From positions 65,162,001-65,226,000 of the forward strand of contig OX597831.1 of assembly GCA_951406725.2 (NCBI GenBank): a stretch of DNA of 64,000 nt. Direction: 5' to 3'. Positions 1 through 14,082 of the stretch are shown here, piece by piece; the stretch's first letter is position 1; each line of letters starts with the position of its first letter. This DNA is from Octopus vulgaris (Eukaryota). The notes under the pieces were generated by a model. That model made no database searches and was not told the DNA's origin. It was given only the letters and a program-made list of their open reading frames with translations. The position numbers and the translations under genes are program-made.

Positions 1-1075
1 TGAATACTAACCAGACAGTGAGATGCCACCACCTTCCTGTTCAGCCACATGGTCCAAGAAATTCTAGTTTGGAATCTATTTCAATGGATTTGATGCTGCT
101 CAAATTTCAATATTTCCTATGACACCATTTGATCTACCTTGACCAATAGCTGCCCAGTTTCCAGTAGCTATCTTGAACTTTCTATATCTCTCCATTCACC
201 CACCTGAGCCCAACAAGCTAGGTTCCTGTAATGAGCCTATGAAACTAAGTTGCATGGGATTAAACCAAATTGTTTAAAATTATATACATATGTATACATA
301 CACATGTATACATACATATGTATCTCATCCTTTAACATCTGCTCTCCATGCTGGTATGGGTTGGACAGTTTGACCAAAGTTGGCAAGCCAGAAAGCAGCA
401 CCAGGTTTCAGTCCTATTTGGCTGTGTTCCTATGATTGGATGCCTTTTCTAACACCAACTACTTTACAATATGCTGGGTGCTTTTAACATGGCACACACA
501 CTAAATATATACACTAGAAATACCCTAATAATGGGCTTCTTTCAGTTTCCATCTACCAAATCCATTCACACAAATTTTTTTATAGAAGACACTTGTTCAA
601 AGTGTCACACAATGGAACTGAATTTGAAATCAGATGTAATGTGAACTTTTAACCACAGCCAAGTCTGCACCTAATGTGTGGATGTATATTATCATTTCAC
701 ATTGCATTTGATGCCAGTACAAGTCGGCCAAGGGGTTATGAAGAAATTGGTTACCGACTGCACTGCAAAACAGGCGAAGAGAACAACATCTCACTCACAT
801 TCTATTATTGGTATGGTTTCTCTGCTTGCATTCCCTTGCTGGAACCATATATACATAACCATGTATATACAGAAAATGCTAATTTGGTGGGGTTGTTCTG
901 TATCCAGTAGGGGATGTATTTTAAAGAAGTTTCAAGGATAACAAAATATTTACTAACTGGGCAGGGTGGATTCAATACTAATAGAGTCAAATTTCCTATA
1001 AACTTAGTTCTAACAAAGATATCAAGTCTTGCTTGATGGCTTATTCAACCAGACTTATGCCACCAGAACAAACAT

Positions 1076-1457
1076 TACTCCTTTATTGGTTTCAGTCATT
1101 TGACTGGCCATGCTGGAGCACCGCCTTTAGTTGAGGAAATCGACCCCCAGGACTTATTCTTTGTAAGCCTTGTACTTATTCTATCGGTCTTGTTTGCCGA
1201 ACCGCTAAGTTACGGGGACGAAAACACACCACCATCGGTTGTCAAGCGATGTTGGAGGGGACAAACACAGACACACAAACACTTATATATACATATATAC
1301 GACGGGCTTCTTTCAGTTTCCGTCTACCAAATCCACTCACAAGGCTTTGGTCGGCCCAAGGCTATAGAAGACACTTGCCCAAGGTGCCACGCAGTGGGAC
1401 TGAACCCAGAACCATGTGGTTGGTAAGCAAGCTACTTACCACACACAGCCACTACTG
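1076..1457 (-). mobile_element. tRNA-derived SINE family A (CORE-like)
   Basis: A box TGGCTGTGTG, B box GGTTCAGTCCC, accttgggcaagt core, gagtaa tail. Confidence 0.85.
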
Positions 1458-2888
1458 TACCTTTAAAAAAAAAAAAAAATTCACATAATTTTACTTGCAA
1501 GGATTTTCTCCACTGACTTCACCTAAAAAACTGAATCACCAAAACTACATCTAAATTTATTTTGATATAATTTTTCATTCGAAACTAAGAATTTGGTCTG
1601 AACTAACTTCTAATTTTCTCTAGAGTACAGAAGTTCCCTATAAAATACCACTCCCATATCTAAATTATTACACTCATATTAATATCTAAAAGGATACTGA
1701 GAAGTCATACACGTGATCTCTGCTCTCCTATGTTCAGAATCTCACTTCTAGGCTTTCCTCTGCACCTATTGTAAAACTTTTACTTCTGAACATACCAGCT
1801 AGAGTTCATCTTCGCAAAAATTGCCCCACTGCACCTACTTCCTCGCTGCCTTTTCTGACGTTTTCTCCATATACTGAATCAAACATCACCTGTAAATCCT
1901 TTGTTTTGTATCTTTTCTTTCCACACAAATGTGTCTTCGTACAGTAGCCACCCAACATCTTTGGCCTAACAACTAAACCCCTATCAATTCTTACTCATGC
2001 TAGAATTTTAAAATCAAATTGCATCAGCATTTTTTTGAATTTAAAATACTATTGTAGTTAGTATAAGAGAGAAATGCTACAAACAAGAGCTAAGTTTATA
2101 TTACCACAATGTCAATTAATAATAATAATGCATGGTAATAATTATAGGGGAGTTAATCCTTTCAAATTTTCCAAAGCATTTAGCTAAAGATTAATAGCCA
2201 GTAGTCTATGAAAGGTTAGCTTTTCATAGACTGATGTCTATTTGAATTAAGCAAACTGAGGTAAGCAGAGTTGAATTTTGCTAAATAATACCGGGAAAAA
2301 AATGACAAGCAAACAGAATTCCTTTCTTATATTTAACAGTCTAATCATATGCGAATTAGTCTTTTAAAGTATTTGTATTTGTTACAAAAATCAAAAATAG
2401 TTATTGCATGTTATACAGCAAGAGAATGTGGTGATATTAGCAGTGCTAAAATTAGCTAAATTCTTGTTCAGTGTCTTCAGCAACAACTTTACAGCATTCA
2501 AGGTTTTTCTAAGAATGGGTAACTTTCCAAAATGTTACTTATGAAATTTGCATACTATCTACATCTAAAGTGACATTATCACAATATAAAGGATTTTAAA
2601 ATATTTAGAAATTCATCTGAAATAGCAAGAAATGTAAAAGGCAAATGCAATAAGTATTCTTTAAAAACTGTCACAAGTTCAAACAGTTATAGCAATTATG
2701 CCCAGAGGAACAAGTACTATTTGAGCCACCAGTACCACTATAAAATAGATATTGTTCATTTGTCACATTCATTCCATAAGTGGTACAAAATAGATTCAGT
2801 TGTAAAATAATTGCTCGAAAACAAATATTCGCGATGTTCATCATCGTGCAAGTTTGCTTGTACAAGTCGAATTCGGATCACTAACTTG

Positions 2889-3295
2889 GGATCTTTTCGG
2901 TTGGAATGGCAGTTTTTTCTAGCGGTGTCATATGAAATTGTCACCCATAATTATGACCCTAGTATCGATCTATTGCATTTCAATCTGTTTTAGGGTTGGG
3001 GGAAGGGTATCTCTTTTTCTCCAGAAACGTAAATAAACCCAATATGTTTCTTAAACGAGGGACATATTCATACGGCACAGAATGTTTTCATCTCAATAGA
3101 CGTCATTGATTGGTTGAAATTGCAGAAATTGAAGAGAAAAAAAACAACAAATATCTTACAAACTATAGAATCTTCTCAATAAAGCCAAGAGAAAAAGTAT
3201 GTTTTATAAACACATTCTACCAGTATACGAAATTTAAAAGTGTTTAGTTACGTGGAAATTATTTTAAAAAACTGCCGTTCAAACCGAAAAGATCT
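2889..3295. mobile_element. About 410-bp MITE with 8-bp TSD (hAT-like)
   Basis: TIRs GGATCTTTTCGGTT... / ...AACCGAAAAGATCT; TSD ctaacttg on both sides. Confidence 0.85.
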
Positions 3296-3605
3296 CTAAC
3301 TTGTCTTATTGTATCAGAAGACCAAAGAAAACTAACTGAGAGTTAATAGTTTTGATTTGTCATGTTTTATCAAAATGAGTTTGTAAATCCACAGTTTGGT
3401 CATAAAAAAATGTCTAAATTAGGGGAGAGGACACAGTAACTTTAGAATATTGTCACTGTCTTGAAATGAACTAGCAAACACAATGGTCTGACGAGGAAGT
3501 AGGCAAATTCTCCAAAACAAGTGCCATATATTCCAATAACAGCTAGAAATGTAAACAAAGACAATTTTAAATAACTGTTATGGTTCCACAGCAATGGGAA
3601 CGCCA

Positions 3606-3761
3606 CAAATTCCGCCGAGGTCAACTTTGCCTTTCATCCTTTCGGGGTCGATGAATAAAGTACCAGTTTCGCACTGGGGGAGGCGATATAATCGACCCAA
3701 TCCCTTCGTCTGTCCTTGTTTGTCCCCTCTATGTTTAGCCCCTTGTGGGCAGTAAAGAAAT
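3606..3761 (+). mobile_element. SINE family B, 5'-truncated
   Basis: Same central domain and tail. Confidence 0.8.
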
Positions 3762-5815
3762 ACATACATAATACCCATAACAGCCACCGATAATACATGA
3801 ACCACCAGAGGTCCACAGCGAATTTTATGTCCAGCTTGGTTGCGAAAGTAATGCTAAGTTAAATTATTGTGATCCACGAATTCTGGGAACCACCTTCCGA
3901 AAAACGGTAATGCCTCGTCATAACAGAAAAAGAAAAGAAAAACCTTATACAGTTGTGGCGAGTGATATCGTTTCCGTAGTCCCGTATTGGGATAGGAAAA
4001 ATTTGTGCTAAGCCAGATGCAAGAATGTGCAACAATAATTATTGTGATGATGTAATTGATAAATATATACTGTTGCGAATAATGGTGATGAGTGGCACTC
4101 AATTGGCACTTCTTTCAACGCATTACCAGAACATAATCCAACAACTGGTAACCATTAAACGTATCCTACATAAACCATTTAACTTTACCGGGCTCAAATG
4201 TTAGCTGGAAGAAATGCTTACTAATCTAAATGCTTATAACATACCAAATTCTACCCTAGCCAAAGATAGTATGTTAAAAAAAAATAAAGGTAAAATTTAA
4301 CCAGATCTAAAATATCAAAGATTATTGATTTAGTGGTGAGTGTCAAGGTTGATCAAAATCCTACAACTGACAACCGTCCGATCGACATTTGTGGTTACGA
4401 AACATTACAGAAATTTCTACCCAGCTGACATGTGGGGAGATATAACGATGTTGCTTTTATAAATTACATGCATTTTTAAATCAGGGACGTTTCTTTTTTT
4501 GCACACCCCCATAAAAAAAATAAAAAAAATACTTCATTAAATTGTAGAGTAATTAGGTGAGTGGACAAGATCATATTCCGAACGGCAAGATACAAGAAAT
4601 AAAAATACACACCTTCCAATTAAACAGGCTGCCATTTTATAAATAAATTTACCCATTAATTATTTTTATCTAAGCCAACACAGGAAAAAAAATACTGTTA
4701 ATCTCATCGGTCCCAGAAATTGCAAAAATATACGATGAGAATATATATTATTTTGGTGAAATATTACACACACACACACACATTATATATATATTAACCG
4801 AAAGATATACGAATGCATCTTTTCCCCTGACTTATGAATCACTTAGACGAATCACGCATGTATGTATATATTATATATATATATAGGTCTGTCTCAGCCA
4901 TAACACGAATGAAAATAATATTAAAACGAGTAACATGTAGTAAAATAGACTTGGACGGAGAAGGGTTGGTTTCACCTTAAGACAAAAAAAGCGAAAGCGA
5001 TGACCTTAAGAGATCAATAGACATACAAAATATATTGCATGATCGATCGCTTGGACAACAGTAAAGTGATAAAAAAAAGAGGAGTATTTAATAAAATGCT
5101 GCATTCATAGAAATGTAGAAATTTACAATATGGGTAACTTGCAAGATAATTGATTGCCTTATAACAGTTTGCTGTAGGTCAAGACTGATTGAACAGTGAT
5201 GGCCATTTACGTCTTTTGTCTTAATTAAACCTCACCAAGAGCTATTAATGTCCATTGTGTCCTTTGTTGGGGTTTTTTTAAGACAGAAAGGGCGTATTTG
5301 GGGTGGATTTGATTATTTTTAGCTAATTGAACCACTGCGGAAAGAGTACACCATTGCTTTAAATGGTTAATAAAATAGGTGTGTGTATAATTGTCTTGCC
5401 GTGAAATAATCGGGAAAATGTAAATAATAAAACAGCTGAAGTGGGTTTAATATGAAAGCGTCTTCGTTGGCGACTGTAAAAATTGGTAAAAATTCATTTT
5501 AAAATATTTTAAAATTAATATAAACGGTACAGACATATTAAAGACATAATAATTACACTTCATCACAATTACAGCAGTTTTAAATATAATAAAATATAGA
5601 ACAAATATTCGGCGAACAATAGGAAATAAACTTGGAGAATTTTAAAGAACGTCAAAAACTGAAACGGCCAAAAAGGAGGAAGAATCAATGGTAAAAATAT
5701 GAAATAAGAGGGATTGGCAAGAGAAAAGGAAGAGAAATGTCTAATATGAAGTTATATGTTGCCTGCAAAATATATAAAAGAAAGATTAATGGGATTAGAA
5801 AAGATAAATAAGTAC

Positions 5816-5925
5816 CTTGCAGATATTAATACAGCACGTTAAGAGTGAAGAGTGTCGTATGAAGAGTGCGACAAACAGCAGTGCGAGTGGCAAAACAACC
5901 TTCACCCGTTTTAAACGACCTTCGC
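5816..5925 (-). other. Putative non-coding first exon
   Basis: Starts about 30 nt after the TATA candidate, CpG-rich, ends at AAG|gtactt donor; no coding partner found in window. Confidence 0.3.
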
Positions 5926-5946
5926 TCTCAAAGCACCGCGTCCTTT

Positions 5947-5956
5947 CCTTATATAG
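5947..5956 (-). promoter_or_regulatory. Candidate TATA box of a downstream minus-strand gene
   Basis: CTATATAAGG fits TATAWAWR, in a CpG-enriched unique segment, with a (GA)-rich tract upstream. Confidence 0.4.
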
Positions 5957-5994
5957 AAGCTCAAGGTCGTTATTGTGTTGAGACGACACTCTAT

Positions 5995-6230
5995 CACTCT
6001 TTCTTCCTCTCTCTCAGTGTTTCCCTCTCACTCTTTCTCTCTCTCTCTCTCTTGCTTTCTTTCTTTCTTTTTGCATTTGTCTTCAATTTCCCCTTCTCTT
6101 TTTATTCTTCTTTCTCTCTCTCTCTCTCTCTGCCTCTCATTCTTGCTTTACTCCTCTCTCTCTCTCTCACTCCTTTCCTTCCTTTTTGTATTTGTCTTCA
6201 ATTTCCCCCCTCTCTTTTTATTCTTCTTTA

Positions 6231-6263
<33 letters not shown>

Positions 6264-6960
6264 GCCTCTCATCCTTGCTTTACTCCTCTCTCTCTCTCTC
6301 TTCTTTTCTTTCTTTTTGCATTTGTCTTCAACTTCCCCCTCTCTTTTTATTCTTCTTTTTTCTCTCTCTCCCTCTCTCTGTCTTTCATCCTTGCTTTACT
6401 CCTCTCTCTCTCTCTCTTGCTTTCTTTTTGCATTTGTCTTCAATTTCCCCCTCTCTTTTTATTCTTCTTTGTCTGTCTCTCTCTCTCTCTCTCTGCCTCT
6501 CATCCTTGCTTTACTCCTCTTTCTCCCTCTCTACTTTTCTTACTCTCTCTTTTTTTTTTCTTGCTTTAACCTCCTCTGTCTATTCCTGTTTCTCTCATTC
6601 TCTCTACTCGCTTTCCTTCTCTCTTAACCTTGGTCTCTCCCTTATATTTCTTTTCTCTCTCTCTCTCTCTCTTTCTAGATTTTCTTTCTCTTTCTCTCTT
6701 AACCTTGGTCTCCTTTCTCTATTTCTTTTCTCTCTCACTTTCTAAATGTTCCTTCTTTTTCTCTCTTAACCTTGATCTCTTCTCCCTTTCTCTTGTCTTT
6801 ATCTCTTCTAGCCCCCCCTCTCTCTCTCTTTCTATTTCTTATCTCTGTCATATTTTCTTTTTCTCTATTTTAATTTTTTTTTACTCCTTTTTTTCCCTTC
6901 GCCTTTCACTTTCAGTTACGTTAGCACTTACCCCTACTCTCTATTTACCTTTCTATCTAT
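5995..6960. repeat. CT/GA-rich low-complexity tract containing about four 115-130-bp tandem units
   Basis: Recurring ttttgcatttgtcttcaatttccccc...(ct)n gcctctcatccttgctttactcc. Confidence 0.9.
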
Positions 6961-7937
6961 AACTCCTTTAACTTTATTCCCTCTTGCCATTGTCTCTTTT
7001 CCAAACTGGTTGCTACTGGGGAAGTCACAAGGCAAAGCATATATTTTGGACGGCAGTCTGACCACATTTTTTAATTTCTTGAACCTTCCAGTGACTCATG
7101 TTTTAGAATTTTTACTGTAGCATAAGAAAGAAGGAAGAAAAACTTATTAAATATCGAACTATGATGCCCATCAAGGATAAGTTCGATTGGAACTGAGGCG
7201 ATTGACTTAATTTGAGTAGTTTTTAGTGACAATTTCTACCTTAACCAAGAATCACCTCATGACGTGTATGACAGCACGTCAGTATTCATTGTGTATACGG
7301 GTAATAAATGGATAGATCGCTCGTCTGGAATATTCAAATGAAGAATAACTGGTATGTTTTACACTTGATTTAATCTGTAGAACAGGAAACATACTTCCCT
7401 GTCTTCCCCGCTTCTTACCCTCGCCTCCTCTCCTCCTTTTTCGAAAGCTAATAAATATCTTTTTCTTAGTTTACAAAAGTACACAGCAGACAGCTGGCTT
7501 CCACGGCATTTCATATCAGCATTTACAAGAACTTTACCGTATTGTTCCACTTATAAATCCATGTTCTAAACGGTGAAAATATATGAAGGTTTTGGTTTTG
7601 TATTCTAATTGTCTTATTACATACCTACCGTAATAGTACAAATAACATGTAACCAATAATTTAGTTGTACAAAAACCCAAGAAATCTTAGTGCGAGTGGT
7701 GCATAGGCTTAAAGAAGACATCAGGGTGGAACAGGAGATGATAAAATAGTTATTCTTGATTGAGATGACACTGATTTGCGTCTCGTTAGACTGAAAAACT
7801 GTGATGCATCAACTAACAGAGTGGTGCACCAGGCTTCAGATAAACTAAGATGGTAGCATCAGCTAAGGCCTTCGTGGTTTTATTAAAGGCCGCAGACTGT
7901 ACCATGAAGAGTGATAGGCTGGTGTTTTTATATGCAA

Positions 7938-8313
7938 CTAGCAGTATCGCCCGGCGTTGCTCGGGTTTGTAAGGGAAATAACTAGATAAGCATTTTTAGA
8001 GAGTTATAGCCAAAAAGTAGCAAAAAAATGCATTAAAAATGGAAAAAAAATTATGGTAAATTTTTTTAAAATCGTTGACTCATCGTAGACATTTTTAGAG
8101 AGTTACTTCCCTTATATAATAGCGAAAAAATGCATTAAAATGGAAAAAAATTATGGTAAATTATTTTTAAAATCGTAGACGCGCGCTAATACCCAGAAGG
8201 GCTCGATATGAACCACGACTATAAGATACCCGGTTTAGGAATCTAAATCGTTTAGTAGTTAGGAATCTAAATCGTAGGAGACAGACACACAACTTCTCTT
8301 TTATATATAAAGA
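7938..8313 (-). mobile_element. Non-autonomous Helitron-like element
   Basis: Minus strand starts TC, ends with a GC-rich hairpin and CTAG, inserted between A and T; internal duplicated block. Confidence 0.7.
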
Positions 8314-8736
8314 TGTCGGAGAGCATTTGTAAGGGGTTACATAAATTCCACTGCAAGCCTATTGTTTGCCTGAACACTTCATACAGCACTTTTGCAGGTA
8401 TATTCAGTACCCATATCAAATACTGTACATGATATGGACTCGCTACACAGATCAAATAAATATCTCCTAGACGGTATTTTCAAATTATTAATAAATAAAG
8501 CATATTTGAATTTTTTTAAAAATGCAAGTACCTATTTATGTTAGTGTATGTCTGTGCGTGTGTGAGCAAATATACATAGTAGAAATACGAACATGGTGAA
8601 TTTAACTGTTTCTCTGTAGATTGAAAATTAACGGACAGCCTTAATCGCTATTCAGATATTATCGTGTTCTCATCAGAGGTGTCTACATTATTTGACGAAT
8701 CATATTTTTATCTGTGTCCACTTTAGTAGGATTTTC

Positions 8737-8773
<37 letters not shown>

Positions 8774-8819
8774 TGATAATGATGATGATGGAGGTATATA
8801 TATACATACATATATATAT

Positions 8820-9100
8820 ATCATCATCATTTAATGTCCGTTTTCCATGCTACCATGATGGTTTGACTGAAAACTGATAAGCTGGGGAGCTGCACCAGGT
8901 TTCAATCTGATTTGGCAGAATTTCTACAGCTGGATGCCCTTCCTAATACCAACCACTCCAAGAGCGTAATGGATGCTTTTGACATGCTACTAGCATGGGT
9001 ATCAGTTACAAAACACTGGCATCGGCCACAACAATCTCATTTGGGGTTTGACAGGTCATCACAAGCACGGTGTATTGCCAAAGGTTTCAGTCACTTGTCA
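8820..9100 (-). mobile_element. RTE LINE 3' tail copy
   Basis: Shared tail sequence and (GAT)n. Confidence 0.7.
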
Positions 9101-9436
9101 CTGTAGTTTAGTTAATTCAGAAGTCTAAATGGGAAATATTATTTCTTGCTTTTTTGTATTTTGTATTCATTACCTTGATCTTTCTGTCCCAGTTAAAAAA
9201 GCAGTTTTTAGTTTTTAAAACCAAAAGAAAGGCAATCAGAATAAAATGTTAACAATATTATTTCTTTAATTTTGAAAATTGCATTGGATTCTACATCCTT
9301 AGATTTACAATCTTTGTCAGTTTTCTAAAATTTGGTTTAAAATAACTAACAATTTTCTATTGTCGTAACTTTTTCTCTTCATTTTCTACTATTATTGGTT
9401 GTTCGTAAAATGTCCACTGATGCTTTGTTTCCCTTC

Positions 9437-10260
9437 ATCATCATCGTTTAACATCCGTTTTCCATGCTGGCATAGGTTGGATGGTTCGACTGGGGTCTGG
9501 GAAGCCAGGAGGCTGTGCCAGGCTCCAGTCTGATCTGGCAGTGTTTCTACAGCTGGATGCCCTTCCTAATGCCAACCACTCCGAGAGTATAGTGGGTGCT
9601 TTTTACGTGCCACTGGCTCAGGGGCCAGAGGAGGCTGGCATCGACCACAATCGGATAGTGCCTTTTATGTGCAACCAGCATGGAAGCCAGTCAAGGTGGC
9701 GCTGGCATTGGTCACATTCAGGTGGAGCTTTTTACGTGTCACCGGCATGGGGATCACAACTACAATTTCCATTTGATTTTGATGTTGATGTACTTGACTT
9801 AATAGGTTCCCTCAAGCATGGCATGTTGCCCTATGATCCAAGGTACTTTCAAGTAAGCTAGTTATGTGACACTGGTATAGGTTACAGCTGTGAACTCACT
9901 TTATTTGCTGGGTTTTCTCAGTCACAGCAGAGGTCTTGGTCTTTTGTCATTGCCTCTGTGAGGCCTAATGTTCAAAGGTCATGGTTCACCACCTCATCTC
10001 ATGTCTTCCTAGGTCTCCCTCTACTCCGGATTCTTTCCACTGTTAGGGAGTGACATTTCTTCACACAGCTCTCCTCATCTATCTGTAGTACATGACCATA
10101 CCAGCACAAACGTCTCTCTTGCATGCCACATCCAAAGCTTCTTATGTCCAACATTTCTCTCAGGGTGCTTACACTCTGTTGTGTGTGCACACTGACATTA
10201 CACATCTAGTGGATCATGCTAGCTTCATTTCTTTCGAGCCTACGCATGTTTTCAGCAGTC
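9437..10260 (-). mobile_element. 5'-truncated RTE-clade LINE: ORF C-terminus, repetitive 3'UTR, (GAT)n tail
   Basis: RRLCWYGHV...RGRPRKT followed by the abundant ggatgcccttcctaa tail sequence. Confidence 0.85.
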
Positions 10261-10344
10261 ATGGCCCATGTTTTGGTTGGATGGTGTGGGAGGAGTTAGA
10301 GTAACCCCAAATACACAGACAGACACTGTTACACATTTAAGTAT

Positions 10345-11520
10345 ATATATTTGTTGTTGAATATCATCCTGGAAAGATTCGATGATCCTCAGCAGCTTTG
10401 GTGGACATCTGATTTTTTGAAGCAGGATGAAGAGGCCTTTTCTACTGACCAAGTCAAAGGCCTTTGTCAGATCAATGAAGGCCATATATAATGGTATTTT
10501 CTGCTCTCTGGACTTCTCCTGAAGTTGGCGTATGGAGAATATCATGTCAATAGTTGATCTGCTTCTTCTAAAGCCACACTGCGATTCTGGATAAATTCGA
10601 GAAGCAAGCAGTTGTAGCCTGGACAGGATTACACAGGCAAAAGTCTTTCCAACAGTGCTGAGAAGAGATATTCCACGGTAATTGTTGCAATCACCATGGT
10701 CACCTTTGCTTTTGTAAAGCGTGATGATGTTAGCATCCCACATATCCTGACGGACTGTACCCTCTTCCCAGCACAGACAGAGAAGCTCATGAAGGTGTTG
10801 AAGCAGGGCAGTGTTTTTTCTGGCTTTGATGATCCCTGAGGGTATTCCGTCTTTTCCTGGAGCCTTGCCACTGGCTAGGGAGTCGATAGCTTTGGTGAGC
10901 TCTGCTATGGACAGCAGACTAAGTTTGCACATGGCTGGCAAAATCTTGACATCCTCGATTGCAGCTTCAGTGACTGTGGTCTCCCATGAGTAGAGATCCT
11001 GGTAGGACTCCACCCATCTATCCATTTGCTTGCTTTGGTCATTGATGAAATCTCCAGTAGTTGATTTCAGAGGGGCTGACTTGGTTGCAGATGGACCGAG
11101 GGCCTTCTTCAAACCAGAATGCATCCCATGGGTGTCACCACTGTCAGCAGCTGACTGGATACTCTGACAGATTTCCTGCCAATACCTATTTGCACAGCGT
11201 CTGGCAGTCAGTTGGGTTTTACTTCTTGCCTTTCTGAGTTCTTGAGTGTTTTTGTAGAAGAATCACTCTTGTATTGCATCAGATCTGTACGCTTTGCTTC
11301 GATAACTGTTTCCAGCTTTGAGAGCCCAGCACTAAACAAAATCTGGGTTTTGCCTTTCTCTCATGCTGAAAGTATCTATTGATGTGGTATACAAAGCTTC
11401 CTGGATACAATTCCACCTACTTTCAGCAGAGGAGGATGGGCAGCTACTAAGAACAGCCTTGATAGAAACAGCAAAACGTTTCCGCAGTGTAGGGTCTGAG
11501 ATTCTGGCAGAAATGAAATA
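10345..11520 (-). mobile_element. RTE/BovB-like LINE fragment, N-terminal reverse transcriptase region
   Basis: 290-aa ORF with KAPGKDGIP, DCNNYRGISLL, ESQCGFR and FIDLTKAFD; truncated before the YADD motif, frameshifted upstream. Confidence 0.92.
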
Positions 11521-11571
11521 AGCTACAGCTGGAATTGAAAAGGGGTCAGAGAATTGATTTGCTAGATTTAC

Positions 11572-11802
11572 ATGCTGGTGGCAAGTAAAAAGCAACACCC
11601 AAACATGATCAGTGCCAGTGCCGTCTGACTGGCTCCTGTGCCGGCGGCACATAAAAAGTACCATCTAAACATGGTCGATGCCGGTACTGCCTGACTGGCT
11701 CCCATGCTGGTGGCACATAAAAACCACCCACTACATTCACGGAGTTGTTAGCATTAGGAAGGGCATCCAGCTGTAGAAACCTTGCCAGATCAGATTGGAG
11801 CC
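11572..11802 (+). mobile_element. RTE LINE 3' tail copy, partial
   Basis: gtgccggcggcac units and ttaggaagggcatccagctgtag. Confidence 0.75.
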
Positions 11803-13324
11803 TAAGATAGATTTGACATCCCACCTGCATCCACTCAATATTTTTACAGATATTTATGGCTACATTATCTAATTTGTCCTTTATTTTTAAATCAGTAAGT
11901 GTGATCTGAAGATTTGGCTGCTATCTTTAGCATTTCAAGCGATCATGTTGAAATTCTCTCATTGTGATGAAGATGCTTACTTTTTCCAATTATGATATAT
12001 TTGTATTTATTATCAATGTCACTTTATGATTAAATTTCATGCCCTATTTGTTCCATTTGATGTGTTTTGTTCTGGTTCTTGCTAATTGCATCCATCAATA
12101 ATATATTCAAGGTGAATTTAATTCATGTAATTTCAGTTATATGGAGTCTTATGTATTTTTACTAAGTGTTCTGTATTCTGAAATTCTTCCTCTATTGTTC
12201 CGTTGCTTGCTCTACTTGTTTGTTTTATTTATTAACAATTACTGTTTATTTTATTCTGTAGATTTCATTTCGTAGTGCATCGTTTTGCAAAGGGAAAATC
12301 TAAATATTCTTCTGAATAGATATTTTAGAACAGTCATGTAATTATGTGGACATTCACCGTCTTCTGCTACTTACAGTCATTTGTTAGTGTCTTTCTTATA
12401 AAAGGACATAATATACCCACTGTTCTTTATCTCTATATTAATGTTTGAACATTGAAGCGTAGTGTCATTTAGATTTGTACTTATTCTGACATGGTTTCTA
12501 TGGCTGGATGCCATAGAAACAACTTAATAGAGTGTATCGAGTGCTTTTTACATGACATCAGCAGCAAGTAGTGAGGTCACGAAATAACTAGCAAGGCAAG
12601 ACCCCTCTCTCTCTACTGAGCAGGGAATACTGTTGAAGGTAGTGACTTTGTGCAAGGTTATAAGAGATTAGAGTATGATGGAGGGACAGAAGCAAGTGTC
12701 TTGCTGTAGAGGAGATACAAGGCTGCCTCAGTTGGTAAAAATGTGTCATGATGTACTCTTAATTTATAGGGAAGCGTGTATAAGTGAAATGGTGCAGAGG
12801 ACTGGAATGCAGTGAGTACTGAACACAGGTGGAGGGGGCTGATGTTAAGAAGATGAGTTGTGGGAAAGGGATTCATCAAGAACAGATTGTGTAGGAGCAC
12901 AGACGTGAATGATATACCTTTAGGGCCCCACTTTTGCTTAGATGGATGGGTCTACTCAAGCACAGCAAATTGGCAGTCATTCTGTGAGGCTCAACATCTG
13001 GAGGTTAAAATGTTGCCGTTTTGTCCTACATCTCCCCAGATCTTCCTCTTCCACAGGTTCCATCTACATTTAGTGATTGGCACTTCTTTATGCAGCTTGG
13101 TCACAGGTTTAGATACATATGAATAAGGCAGCTGTCCTTATCCTTATGTATCACATGGCCGTACCAGCACACTCCATCTGATGATTCTTATGCCAACTAA
13201 GATAGCTGATTTTTCTGTTAAGGCCATGTTGGAAGACCCTCTTTTTCCCATGCATGCTCCACATTTAATAGCCTTTCATAACCAAAGTACAAATATATGG
13301 GAAACTACCACCTGTATCATCTCT

Positions 13325-13578
13325 TGTGAAAAGTAGGAGAGTCCAGTTTGCTGGACATTGTTGTAGAGCTGAAAACGAGGCAATTTCTACTATTCTCCTC
13401 TGGAACCCATCTACTCACGATACCAGAGGGCGCACACTCTCCTACTCTGATGTAATCTCCAGGGATACAGGCATCCAGCAACAGGACCTCCATAATGCTA
13501 TGATGGACCGTGAAGTCCAGCGTAACATAGTAAATTCCATTGTCTTGACCACAGTCGAACAATGATGATGATGATGAT
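13325..13578 (+). mobile_element. 3' end of another RTE-like LINE
   Basis: RRVQFAGHCCR...LLWNP...MMDREV then stop and (GAT)n; lies within an older degenerate minus-strand LINE relic (about 12930-13960). Confidence 0.75.
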
Positions 13579-14082
13579 AGCAGCACTTCCATACCTCTTT
13601 TTTTTTCAGAATCACTAAGCACAAGTGTACCGATATCCATCTACACACACTTCTCACCCATATCTTAATTTTTTCTGATACATTGTCTTCAACCTGGAAC
13701 ACCTCACACTGTAGAACATTAGCAAACCAATTTCCTATTTCTTCTTTTACTATGTAAGCCTGAAACCTAGCTTATCTTCTAGCTATCTGATAAAATTCTC
13801 TCCTGCTTCTATTTCACCAGTCTTTCCAAGCCTGTGTCTTTACTTTTATGGTTCTGTCTACTTCACTGTTCCACCACAATGTTACCCTTGGTTTGTTTGG
13901 AACTTTGCATCAACCACAGATTTAGTCTGTTGCCCACAGTAGGTCATCCCAAAGGAACTTTCTGATCTTTTCTACATTACATGCCGCAGTAAGTTATAGC
14001 TTAGTGAACCAATATTTTCGAAGACTTTGCATAATGTGAAAAAAATGGCTAATAGAATTACAATCACAATGATAAAATGTTT

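Noticed and set aside
1100-1488. Recurrent ORFs such as ...[11 protein letters not shown]... and ...[12 protein letters not shown]...
   Set aside because: Chance translations of SINE and LINE-tail copies.
1796-1889. AG...GT bounded segment on the minus strand
   Set aside because: Stops in all frames and a purine-rich acceptor; cannot support an exon.
3850-4130. CpG-enriched unique segment with a weak donor near 3943
   Set aside because: No ORF or clear promoter motif; could be a UTR exon but is unsupported.
5866-6962. Long Leu/Ser/Phe-rich ORFs (253 and 256 aa)
   Set aside because: Artefacts of CT low-complexity sequence lacking stop codons.
7393-7565. Possible minus-strand UTR exon or 63-aa ORF
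   Set aside because: Splice-like sites are present but there is no recognisable product or partner exon.
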